Below are positions 1 through 8,870 of a stretch of DNA of 32,000 bases, piece after piece. Below the pieces are notes generated by a model, which saw only the letters and a program-made list of their open reading frames with translations, had not been told where the DNA came from and made no database searches. Positions within the stretch are counted from its first letter, which is position 1. Each line of letters begins with the position of its first letter. The stretch comes from Candidatus Heimdallarchaeota archaeon (lineage in GTDB: Archaea; Asgardarchaeota; Heimdallarchaeia; Heimdallarchaeales; Kariarchaeaceae), in assembly GCA_030149205.1 (NCBI GenBank), contig JASBSB010000001.1, positions 1 to 32,000 of the forward strand. Direction: 5' to 3'. The position numbers and the translations under genes were made by a program.

Positions 1-21
1 AAGAGATGAGAGAAATTTTGA

Positions 22-2444
22 GTTTCCAGACCATAAAGGTACTTCTTAGACGAGCCAGGGGTAAATGTCAAACCTGTGGTAAGCTCCGTTTCCAGACCAT
101 AAAGGTACTTCTTAGACGTACTTTGTTGAACCCCACAAGCTTTTAGGAGTTTTGTTTCCAGACCATAAAGGTACTTCTTAGACTTCTGAGATATATTCTA
201 TTCCTGTGTATGTTCCTACGTTTCCAGACCATAAAGGTACTTCTTAGACCTTCAAGAATCTGCTTTAGATGATCAAAACAAATTATCTTATGTTTCCAGA
301 CCATAAAGGTACTTCTTAGACCTAACAATGATATAAACTACAATGCAACCCTAAACGTGTTTCCAGACCATAAAGGTACTTCTTAGACATGACTTGCTTA
401 GCACCTTATCCGTTTACTCTCATTGTTTCCAGACCATAAAGGTACTACTTAGACGGTTGATCCTGACCAGATAGCACCAGAAATCAAAGGGTTTCCAGAC
501 CATAAAGGTACTACTTAGACATGACTGGTGTGAGTGCTTTAACGTCTGCAAAAAACAGTTTCCAGACCATAAAGGTACTACTTAGACTTTTAGATATTCC
601 TTAAGTCTAAAATTATCATGATGTTTCCAGACCATAAAGGTACTACTTAGACCAAGATTTTTTGTATCTTACGTAAATCCCGAAGTTTTGTTTCCAGACC
701 ATAAAGGTACTACTTAGACAATTGTTCTGAATGGATGACCGAAGTACTCGATCCAAGTTTCCAGACCATAAAGGTACTACTTAGACATTGATTGGAAGTT
801 TGAAAGGGGTGAGTCTATATGAGGTTTCCAGACCATAAAGGTACTACTTAGACTTAACTCATATAGCATTCAAGATGTATTTAACAACGTTTGTTTCCAG
901 ACCATAAAGGTACTACTTAGACGTCAGAATTTATCTGCTACGGACTCAGGAGGATATTGTTTCCAGACCATAAAGGTACTACTTAGACGAACCTGAATTT
1001 TTCTTGGTTTTTTAATAAGTGGTCGTTTCCAGACCATAAAGGTACTACTTAGACAAATGTTTACAGTATAATTTTATACTATTTTATTGATGTTTCCAGA
1101 CCATAAAGGTACTACTTAGACTTCCTGAAAAGAAAAATAAAAATTATTATGATTTATGTTTCCAGACCATAAAGGTACTACTTAGACTTAGAGACACCCC
1201 AACCTATTTCTATACCGTCAGACGGTTTCCAGACCATAAAGGTACTACTTAGACCAGCGCTTGGGACTGCTGGTGAGTTGTTTTCGTTCGTGTTTCCAGA
1301 CCATAAAGGTACTACTTAGACGAAGAGGCTCACAGCTCAAAAATTTGATGTGAGCATCTGGTTTCCAGACCATAAAGGTACTACTTAGACTGGGACTTGG
1401 GGGGATAAAAATGGATATTTTTACAAGTTTCCAGACCATAAAGGTACTACTTAGACCCTCCAGCCATGGTGGCTGGGACCGATTATTATGTGTTTCCAGA
1501 CCATAAAGGTACTACTTAGACGATTCATCATGAATAGCCCCGCACTGTATTGTTCCGTTTCCAGACCATAAAGGTACTACTTAGACATATTCCTGCGACA
1601 CTCATAGGAACCAAGACAAGAAGTTTCCAGACCATAAAGGTACTACTTAGACTTTTTAGAGATGCAAAAACCATTTTAATCAAAAATAATGTTTCCAGAC
1701 CATAAAGGTACTACTTAGACAAATCTGTGCTGCTCGGAATCTTTCGAGCATTGTATTGTTTCCAGACCATAAAGGTACTACTTAGACAAAAGATAGCCAA
1801 TATGATCCCCAAAAATGAAACAAGTTTCCAGACCATAAAGGTACTACTTAGACATGATGCACTGTAAGCGGTAAATGTATTATTTTCACGTTTCCAGACC
1901 ATAAAGGTACTACTTAGACTTCCAACGATTTCCCTTGTTTGTCATGATTCGAACAGTTTCCAGACCATAAAGGTACTACTTAGACCTGTAACATTGTCAG
2001 ATCCAAGAGCTGAGTTTGGGTTTCCAGACCATAAAGGTACTACTTAGACTTCGTGATGAGATCTTTGGATTCAGGGAGCGAGTATCGTTTCCAGACCATA
2101 AAGGTACTACTTAGACTAAAAAAATCATTGGAAAACACCCATGAATCCCTTTGTTTCCAGACCATAAAGGTACTACTTAGACCAGCAACAGCTTAACCTG
2201 GAGGAATCATCATGAGTAGTTTCCAGACCATAAAGGTACTACTTAGACTATGAAAGAAATTTATTCTTATATTGATGAGAAGCTGTTTCCAGACCATAAA
2301 GGTACTACTTAGACACGTGTTCCATCAGAACTGGAGTTGGTAGCATGGCGTTTCCAGACCATAAAGGTACTACTTAGACCAGTGAAAGCATTGATTTAGA
2401 TATTGAGTATTGGGGTTTCCAGACCATAAAGGTACTACTTAGAC
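22..2444 (-). CRISPR. CRISPR array: 37 copies of a 30-bp repeat (transcribed strand GTCTAAGTAGTACCTTTATGGTCTGGAAAC), 36 complete unique spacers of 34-42 bp; continues beyond the left window edge
   Basis: Repeat GTTTCCAGACCATAAAGGTACT(A/T)CTTAGAC counted on + from 22-51 to 2415-2444. Minus orientation inferred from the 3' GAAAC end, the GTACCT..GG core typical of I-B repeats, and the non-coding leader between the last repeat and cas2. Confidence 0.99.
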
Positions 2445-2693
2445 GGTTATTCCCTGCGTCTGATACCCCAATCTGTTGGGATCTCAGCGAGACCGATTCC
2501 CCGAACCTCCGATAGCATGGGTAGTTTAAATGGTCTGAGGATCGCACGATAGGTACGAAAACCTCTTTCAGAGGAATAATTAAGCCTCAGATATTTTTGA
2601 GGCAGTAGCATTATGCTATTAGGTGTGAAAAACAGAAACGTTTTGCACACAACCCCTCGTAGCGAAAACCTATAAATTACCCATTTTCTTGAA
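2445..2693 (-). promoter_or_regulatory. CRISPR leader
   Basis: 249 bp between the cas2 stop and the first repeat; TATA-like TTTAAA (2525-2530) and TTTATA (about 2671-2676 on minus); several short inverted repeats. Confidence 0.8.
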
Positions 2694-2963
2694 TCAGAGA
2701 ATATCAGAAACCTCATTCTTTTCAGTTCCGACCAATTCTCTCTTAAGATAATTCTGACTTTCAAACTTATAAATTATTACCATATCATTTGGCCCTTTCG
2801 CAAGATCTTCTAATTTTTTTTGTAATGTTGCGGTCTGTGCAGCTGAGAGCTGACCTTCAAAGACAGAGTTTTGAACCCAATAGAGGTATCTTTTCAGAAG
2901 CTTATGAACCTTGGTGACATACTTCGTATCAATATCGTAGACAACTATAAGGAAGGGTAATAT
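2694..2963 (-). CDS. cas2: CRISPR-associated endonuclease Cas2 (about 89 aa, non-canonical start; not in the ORF track)
   Basis: Manual translation: (I/M)LPFLIVVYDIDTKYVTKVHKLLKRYLYWVQNSVFEGQLSAAQTATLQKKLEDLAKGPNDMVIIYKFESQNYLKRELVGTEKNEVSDIL*. Contains the Cas2 VVYDI and WVQNSVFEG motifs; lies directly downstream of cas1. Confidence 0.95.
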   Translation of the reverse strand: MLPFLIVVYDIDTKYVTKVHKLLKRYLYWVQNSVFEGQLSAAQTATLQKKLEDLAKGPNDMVIIYKFESQNYLKRELVGTEKNEVSDIL

Positions 2964-2965
2964 GG

Positions 2966-3925
2966 TCAGCTCCTGTAAAATGCCTTGAAAGGCTTGTTTT
3001 CTAAAATCGTCTTAAGGAGTCTATGACAGTCATGTTTAATTATTGTTCTGTAGCTCAATTTTTTGTTGTTATGTCCGATAACTGAGTTTAAGCTCTCCTG
3101 AAACTCTGTGAGAACAAGGTTGAAAGGCTTTGGTTTGAGGCGGTATCCCTGGGAGAAAGAGTTTGTTTTGATTTGTTTGGTGTTGATGAGTTTGAAGATG
3201 AGGGGATGTGTGATCAATGGTTTGTAATATTCAGCCAGGTCAAGTGAAAGGGAGAACCGCTTTGCCGTGGGCTCATGTAGATAACTTATCTCAGGTGAGA
3301 GATAGGTTTGTTGAATCTGACTTAGAACGACAGTGTATAACAGCATGTTGGTTAGTGATAACAATGCATTGAATTCGTTTAGGGGTGGTCTGTAACTTCT
3401 TTTTTGAAATTCTAGGTTTCCAGAGATCATATCGAAAGTTGAGTAATACTTTTTCCAGATGTTTGCTTCCATTCCTAAGATTTGATTGATAGATCCTTCT
3501 GGCTTATCTAGTGAGGAGAGCTCATTTATGATGGTCTCAATGCTTTCATTCCTATCTGTGTATCTTCTGAGTGTGTAAATCATATTTAGTTTGGTCACAT
3601 GAACAATCTGAGCAGCAATTGATAGTCGTTTTTCCTCGTCGAGATAGGCCTTTACTTGTTCGATTAGAACCTTTCCACTGTGGTATTGTTTTTTGGGTAA
3701 AAGGCTGGATATATGGGTTTCGTACATGTTATAAAAATGGATAGGGATGTGATGCTCTGCCAAAAGACCGATAGCACCTGATCTCACGCTTACCTTGCCC
3801 AGACAGTGAATATCCGAGATTTGTGCTATGGGGATGGTCTTTTTCATCTCCTCGTTAATGTATTGAAGGGTAGAATCTTTTCGTGCGATAATTCCATTTG
3901 ATCTAATAAAGAGTGATATTTTCAT
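2966..3925 (-). CDS. cas1: CRISPR-associated endonuclease Cas1 (likely start MKISLFIRSNG at 3925)
   Basis: Motifs GMEANIWKKYY, SYRPPLNEFNALLS, SYLHEP, SLSLDLAEYYKP (catalytic E/H/E). The ORF-track extension to 4012 overlaps cas4. Confidence 0.97.
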   Translation of the reverse strand: MKISLFIRSNGIIARKDSTLQYINEEMKKTIPIAQISDIHCLGKVSVRSGAIGLLAEHHIPIHFYNMYETHISSLLPKKQYHSGKVLIEQVKAYLDEEKRLSIAAQIVHVTKLNMIYTLRRYTDRNESIETIINELSSLDKPEGSINQILGMEANIWKKYYSTFDMISGNLEFQKRSYRPPLNEFNALLSLTNMLLYTVVLSQIQQTYLSPEISYLHEPTAKRFSLSLDLAEYYKPLITHPLIFKLINTKQIKTNSFSQGYRLKPKPFNLVLTEFQESLNSVIGHNNKKLSYRTIIKHDCHRLLKTILENKPFKAFYRS

Positions 3926-3929
3926 TGTA

Positions 3930-4445
3930 CTAGGCCTCACAAATTTCTCTGTATGCACATCCTTTGCAGTATGGTTTCTTTTCATATGGTGGAGGATTTG
4001 ATTGTCTTGCAATTTTTTTGATCTTAAGTATAGCTGCCTTCAGCTCATCAATATCATCTTCTGTTAGAAGAACGGGGATCACTTTTTTCTCCTTTGGGAT
4101 TCGAACCTCACCCTTGATTGACTTTCCTTGGAGTTTAAGTTGCCATAGGTAAAATTTAAGCTGCCATAGGACAGGCTCAATAAGCTTAGAGCTTTTTTTA
4201 ACCTCGAGTATAGTTGGGGTTTTTCCCCCGATGTAGACATCAATCTTTGCATCTCCAACACTTACCTCCTTGGTTCCTTTCTGGTTGTAGCTCCTCTCAT
4301 GGATGAGCCTTCCTACCACAATATTCTCATCGTCTTGCATAGGATCAATAAAATTGGTATAGAACCAGAGTTCTCTATGGCAGCTGAAGAAGTATTGAAT
4401 GGTGACCCCTCCAATTCTGAAAGAGTCTTGAAGTTCACCAGACAA
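3930..4445 (-). CDS. cas4: CRISPR-associated exonuclease Cas4 (likely TTG start at 4445)
   Basis: IGGVTIQYFFSCHRELW, KIDV, EVKKS, QLKFY and C-terminal CKGCAYREIC (4-Cys Fe-S). GGAGTGAGG SD-like motif precedes the TTG. Confidence 0.96.
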   Translation of the reverse strand: MSGELQDSFRIGGVTIQYFFSCHRELWFYTNFIDPMQDDENIVVGRLIHERSYNQKGTKEVSVGDAKIDVYIGGKTPTILEVKKSSKLIEPVLWQLKFYLWQLKLQGKSIKGEVRIPKEKKVIPVLLTEDDIDELKAAILKIKKIARQSNPPPYEKKPYCKGCAYREICEA

Positions 4446-7125
4446 GTTCCTCACTCCCTGGCAAGTTAGTTGTGAATCCGATGGTCTGATCATAGTAGTT
4501 TTGAATTTGTTCCATAGGTAATATCCAGAACCATTTTTCTTGTTCAAGGTCAGTACTTATCATGGCAATTTTTCTGATGGATGTGTTAATCAGGTATTCT
4601 GCCATTTGAGGTTTTATCCTGTAATATTGGTTTCTTGCCTCTTTCCAGTCACTCGGTCTAATAATTGCTATTTCTCTGTACTCTTCAAGTAAATCTTTTG
4701 CTTTGTTATCTTTGGTGACGTATAATGGGACAGAGTAGTCATTCTCGATCAGGTTAAATTTTGCCTCAACATTATTGAAATCAGTTTTGCAGATGTATGT
4801 GTAGAGATCTCTGCTTGTTTTGGTACTTTTGTATTCTTTTGCCAATTCAAAATAATTTCTCACTAGCTTCCTGTATGATTTTTCATTGATTGGGGAATTT
4901 TCTTGCAAAATCTTAATCGTGAAGTTTAGGAGTTCTTTGTCATAGACGAAGGAAGCTAGTAACCGTTTTTTTTGGTTAATCAGTTTGGTGACATAGCATA
5001 TACCTTGTCCAATTTCACCCTCTCTGTTGATTCTTCCAATTGTTTGGATGATTGAGTCCATTGTGGAGATATCACGTACACCAGCTTGGAATGATATATC
5101 AACACCAGCCTCTATCACTTGTGTTGAGACAAGCACAACCTTCTCTTTTCCCTTCAGCTTTGATTTAATAGTATCAATCCTATTCTTTCTCTCTTTTGGG
5201 GTGATAGATGCACTGAGATAATATTTTTCCCAATCATCAAAGAACGGATCTGATGAAACAGAGCGATAAACTATCTGAGATGAATTGATTGTGTTTAATA
5301 CTATCAGAAAGGACTGAATTGAGTCGAAGACATTCTGTTGATGTAGAACTTGAATTAAGTTTTCAGGTTGAATCTCTTGATCAATAAATTTCACACTTGT
5401 TCGATTGAGCTTTTGAAAGAGTGAGCTTGCTGATTTTGAGACGATGGGGGGATTTATTGTGAGTATTCCTGGTAGAGTTGCTGTACTAAAAAGAAGGTAT
5501 GAATCAAGAAAATCAAGGAACTTGGGGATGAATCTATCAAATAAGTTCCAATACCTCAGAGGAAACCCTTGAACCTCATCCATGATAATTATAGAGTTTG
5601 AGAACTTTGAGTATTTTCTCAGGTTTTTCTTGTTGTTTGTGAATACAGAATGGAAGAACTGGTGGAAGGTTGTGATAATAATCTCACTGTTCCAACCCTC
5701 AATATAGAAAGCAGATACGTTTGGTTCCTCCTCTTCCTCATTCCTGCTGACAGTTGAAGGATCTTCATCAAGTGCAAAAGAGGTTGGTATATCAGAAAAC
5801 TCTTGTCTTGAAAACTTTAAATCAGCATCCCCATGATGTTTCAAGAGGACATTTGATGAATCATTGATGACCCCGAGCATCCTTTTCATCACAGAATGTG
5901 TTTGTTCAAGGATTGAGGTGAAGGGAAGGATGTAAATTATTCTGTATTTGGAGTTTTTTATCTCGAGTAATCTCTGTCTAAGAGTCAGTGCAAAGTTCAT
6001 TCCACTAAGCGTCTTTCCCGATCCGGTTGGAGCTTCAAGACTGTAAATTCTGGTTGATAGATCACAGAAATTGGCGTATTTTGCCACTTCGGAATAAATT
6101 TTTGGCCTTGTGGTACGTATTGATGAAAGTGAGGATTCTTTAATTCTGGGAGGAGAATAGTTTGAGGTGTCAACATAATTCGATTTCTCATTTGATTCAA
6201 GGGGAGAGGTTAAGGTAAATTTCTTGAAGTAATTTTTTTGAAACAGGTTATTTAAGTCAATGCTTACCCTTTGGATAATCTCTTCGGTCATGGCACTGGT
6301 CTTATCAGATTCTTGAAGCAGACTATACCAGAATTGAATAATCATTATGGAGTTAAATGGGAAGTTAGTAAATGAATTGTCTTTTTTGCTCTGCCTGTCT
6401 TCACAGAGTCTTTTAAATGAATCTCCAGCTTTAGTAATTTTCGTTCCTACCTTATAAAGATCTGAAAATTGTGCATTACTGAGGTTTATGAAAGTAGTCC
6501 ACTTAGGTAGTAAAATAGTTTTACCGATCTGTTTTGTCAAATACACAGATAGATCAGAGAGGATTTTATCAATATGAGCTGTGTGTGATCGAGTTGATTC
6601 TAGCTGTAATTTTAAAATATTGTTCTCAGATTGCTCAGCAAGGGATTGAAAACCAGCTCGTAGATGTTTTTTCTCTGTTGGTAACTCTTTTAGGTTTCCA
6701 TGATGTCTATTAATAATAATTGAAGAAACGAAAGCGATGAATATCTTTTGAAGTTGATTATGGGTGTAACTTTCTAGAAATTCAGTTGAATATAGAAACC
6801 AAAAGATATACAACATCCCTAGGTTTGCGTGGTTTTTCTTTGGGTTGTTCTTGTACCCCTCATTTCTAATATATTTTTGGAAGTACCCAGTTGATTTGCC
6901 AATGTCGTGAAGAGAAGAAATCACAATTGCGAGATCTCTAAGCAGAGATGAATTAAGGTTATAGTCAAGTTGAAATTTAGGTGAATTAATCTCTGAAAGC
7001 AAAATTCGGGTATTTTCTGCTGTCTCCAGTAGATGTTGTATTAAAGGGGTATCAGGATGTGACCAAATTTCGTCTGAAGAGCTGACATCGATTATTGGGT
7101 TCAAAGAGATTTCATCACCTACCAC
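4435..7125 (-). CDS. cas3: Cas3 HD nuclease-helicase
   Basis: SHP..LIQHL and LHDIGK HD motifs, HHGNL, APTGSGKT Walker A, DEVQ, STATLP, STQVIEAGVDIS, QTIGRINREG. Start may be TTG at 7104. Confidence 0.97.
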   Translation of the reverse strand: MVGDEISLNPIIDVSSSDEIWSHPDTPLIQHLLETAENTRILLSEINSPKFQLDYNLNSSLLRDLAIVISSLHDIGKSTGYFQKYIRNEGYKNNPKKNHANLGMLYIFWFLYSTEFLESYTHNQLQKIFIAFVSSIIINRHHGNLKELPTEKKHLRAGFQSLAEQSENNILKLQLESTRSHTAHIDKILSDLSVYLTKQIGKTILLPKWTTFINLSNAQFSDLYKVGTKITKAGDSFKRLCEDRQSKKDNSFTNFPFNSIMIIQFWYSLLQESDKTSAMTEEIIQRVSIDLNNLFQKNYFKKFTLTSPLESNEKSNYVDTSNYSPPRIKESSLSSIRTTRPKIYSEVAKYANFCDLSTRIYSLEAPTGSGKTLSGMNFALTLRQRLLEIKNSKYRIIYILPFTSILEQTHSVMKRMLGVINDSSNVLLKHHGDADLKFSRQEFSDIPTSFALDEDPSTVSRNEEEEEPNVSAFYIEGWNSEIIITTFHQFFHSVFTNNKKNLRKYSKFSNSIIIMDEVQGFPLRYWNLFDRFIPKFLDFLDSYLLFSTATLPGILTINPPIVSKSASSLFQKLNRTSVKFIDQEIQPENLIQVLHQQNVFDSIQSFLIVLNTINSSQIVYRSVSSDPFFDDWEKYYLSASITPKERKNRIDTIKSKLKGKEKVVLVSTQVIEAGVDISFQAGVRDISTMDSIIQTIGRINREGEIGQGICYVTKLINQKKRLLASFVYDKELLNFTIKILQENSPINEKSYRKLVRNYFELAKEYKSTKTSRDLYTYICKTDFNNVEAKFNLIENDYSVPLYVTKDNKAKDLLEEYREIAIIRPSDWKEARNQYYRIKPQMAEYLINTSIRKIAMISTDLEQEKWFWILPMEQIQNYYDQTIGFTTNLPGSEELVW

Positions 7126-7859
7126 ATGAATAATGTCTCATTTCCAGGTATGAGTTTAATTGGTTTTAGAACTTCTTCAGAATTGGATATCAATTTCCCT
7201 GCTATTTTATTGGCCTTTATATCAACGACTGTTTCTCTAAAGTTGAATGGAACCCTTTGTTTATCCATGTAATGAGCGACTTTTTCGATGACCACATGAT
7301 TTTCAGGTTTTGGATTCACCAGAAAAGATTTTAGAGGAATAATTGAATTTGTTTCGAATTCCTCTGTATCTAATTCCTCTCCTTCAAATTCACCAATATA
7401 TTCAAAATCTGCTAAAAGTTGTGCTAGTCCCATTGCTGGTGGATAGACGCACTCATGATTCTCTAGCAATTTTTTGAGGGTTGAATACATCTCTTCATCC
7501 TGTAATGAAACAAAAATATAGTAAGCTGGTTCTCTAATAAACTGATATGGTACTATGCTGTGTTGTTTGACACCTAGATACCCTTGTAAACTTGCTTTTT
7601 TGAGAAGGAGTTGTTTCAGCGGAAATCTTAAAATGGAGAGGGGATGAACTGGGGCTATCCCAATTTTTGAGTGATCTGGATGGAACACATCCGAAACCTC
7701 GTGCCTTTGTAGACCTAAGATTGCACCTAATATTCCTGCGATAGTATGTCTAGGAGGGATAAAGTATGTGGCAGGAGAGGATGTTGTATATCTGATTCCA
7801 AAGTGTCCGAAGTCACCAAACAATTTGAATTTTAACACTTTGAAGCTCATAGTCATCAC
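7119..7859 (-). CDS. cas5: Type I-B Cas5
   Basis: N-terminal FKLFGDFGHF..YTTSSPATYFIPPRHTIAGILGAILGL; YPPAMGLAQ; position between cas7 and cas3. Confidence 0.95.
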   Translation of the reverse strand: MMTMSFKVLKFKLFGDFGHFGIRYTTSSPATYFIPPRHTIAGILGAILGLQRHEVSDVFHPDHSKIGIAPVHPLSILRFPLKQLLLKKASLQGYLGVKQHSIVPYQFIREPAYYIFVSLQDEEMYSTLKKLLENHECVYPPAMGLAQLLADFEYIGEFEGEELDTEEFETNSIIPLKSFLVNPKPENHVVIEKVAHYMDKQRVPFNFRETVVDIKANKIAGKLISNSEEVLKPIKLIPGNETLFMW

Positions 7860-8870
7860 CTAAGATAACTCTAATTCTGAGACTTTTACACCTGAGGATC
7901 CGAGTGCTTTTCCAAGGTCCGTTCCAGAGTAAGTTTCACCATGCAGGGAAAATCTAATTTCATCATCTGTATAGAATTCAACTGATTCGATTTTAGATTT
8001 ATATTTCTCCAGCTTATCAACTAATTTATCGATCTTTAGCACGTAATCATCACAGGATCGAATGGCAAGATCATCCTGATCTGATACTAATTCTACCTTT
8101 TTATCGAGTTCTGATATCTGAAAGTTTCCAGGATTGTATGTAATTTGAAAGAGCAATCTTGGGTTTTGACCAATTTTTGAGCGGGTGATTAAGTGTTTGA
8201 TCCCATCCCACATTGCTTCATGGAGATTCTGAAGGTCTCCCTCTGTCAGATCAACCTCTTTTGCCCTATGTTCATTAACAACACCATAAAAACCTATTAA
8301 AGAATATGGAACCATGAATTCGGTTCTGAAAGTTTGTTGCTGAGAGCCCGATTTTGAAGCAAATGCTCCAGTTCCTTTGATTCTTTCAACAGAAACTTTG
8401 TGTAATGATTTTCCCATCTTGAACTGAACAGGGCCAGTATGTGTTATGGAACTTCCTTTTGCCGTCTTTGATTTTCCCTTTTCATCTTTATACTTAATCT
8501 CTAATGGAATTGTTCCTCCGAAAAGCCTTACATCAACACATTTTGAAATGATAGTCTTATCAAGAATATTTTTGGCCTCATATTCACTTGAGTAGTTTTG
8601 ATCTGGAAGGAACGAATTTGCTCTCTCCTTGGCATCAGGCACATTTCCATCCTCATCAGCAAGTGCATGAACAAAAATTTCTTGACCTTTTACTTCTCTA
8701 AGGAAATCCCTGATTGTTCTCTTTAATCTAACATCAGACACAAGATTGTGCATGGTCTCAGGGTCTGTTCTTGGTTTATTTTCATCTGCTGGATCTCCAT
8801 TGGGGTTGCAGTATGACGCATCATAAAGAAATAATAATTCTCTTCTATTTTGTAGTGGTGTGTTATTCAT
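7860..8870 (-). CDS. cas7: Type I-B Cas7 (Csh2-like)
   Basis: NRRELLFLYDASYCNPNGDP.DENKPR, VSDVRLKRTIRD, DVRLFGGT, TGPVQF motifs. Confidence 0.96.
   Translation of the reverse strand: MNNTPLQNRRELLFLYDASYCNPNGDPADENKPRTDPETMHNLVSDVRLKRTIRDFLREVKGQEIFVHALADEDGNVPDAKERANSFLPDQNYSSEYEAKNILDKTIISKCVDVRLFGGTIPLEIKYKDEKGKSKTAKGSSITHTGPVQFKMGKSLHKVSVERIKGTGAFASKSGSQQQTFRTEFMVPYSLIGFYGVVNEHRAKEVDLTEGDLQNLHEAMWDGIKHLITRSKIGQNPRLLFQITYNPGNFQISELDKKVELVSDQDDLAIRSCDDYVLKIDKLVDKLEKYKSKIESVEFYTDDEIRFSLHGETYSGTDLGKALGSSGVKVSELELS

Noticed and set aside
143-1902. ORF-track peptides with repeating LSSTFMVWK / LRSTFMVWK
   Set aside because: These are translations of the CRISPR repeat, not genes.
2447-2764. 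105-aa minus-strand ORF
   Set aside because: It overlaps the true cas2 in another frame and the leader; no family features.
3416-3424. GTTTCCAGA matching the first 9 nt of the repeat
   Set aside because: It lies inside cas1 coding sequence and the rest of the repeat is absent, so it is probably chance.
3926-4547. N-terminal extensions of cas1 (to 4012) and cas4 (to 4547) in the ORF track
   Set aside because: They overlap upstream genes in other frames; downstream starts fit family lengths better.
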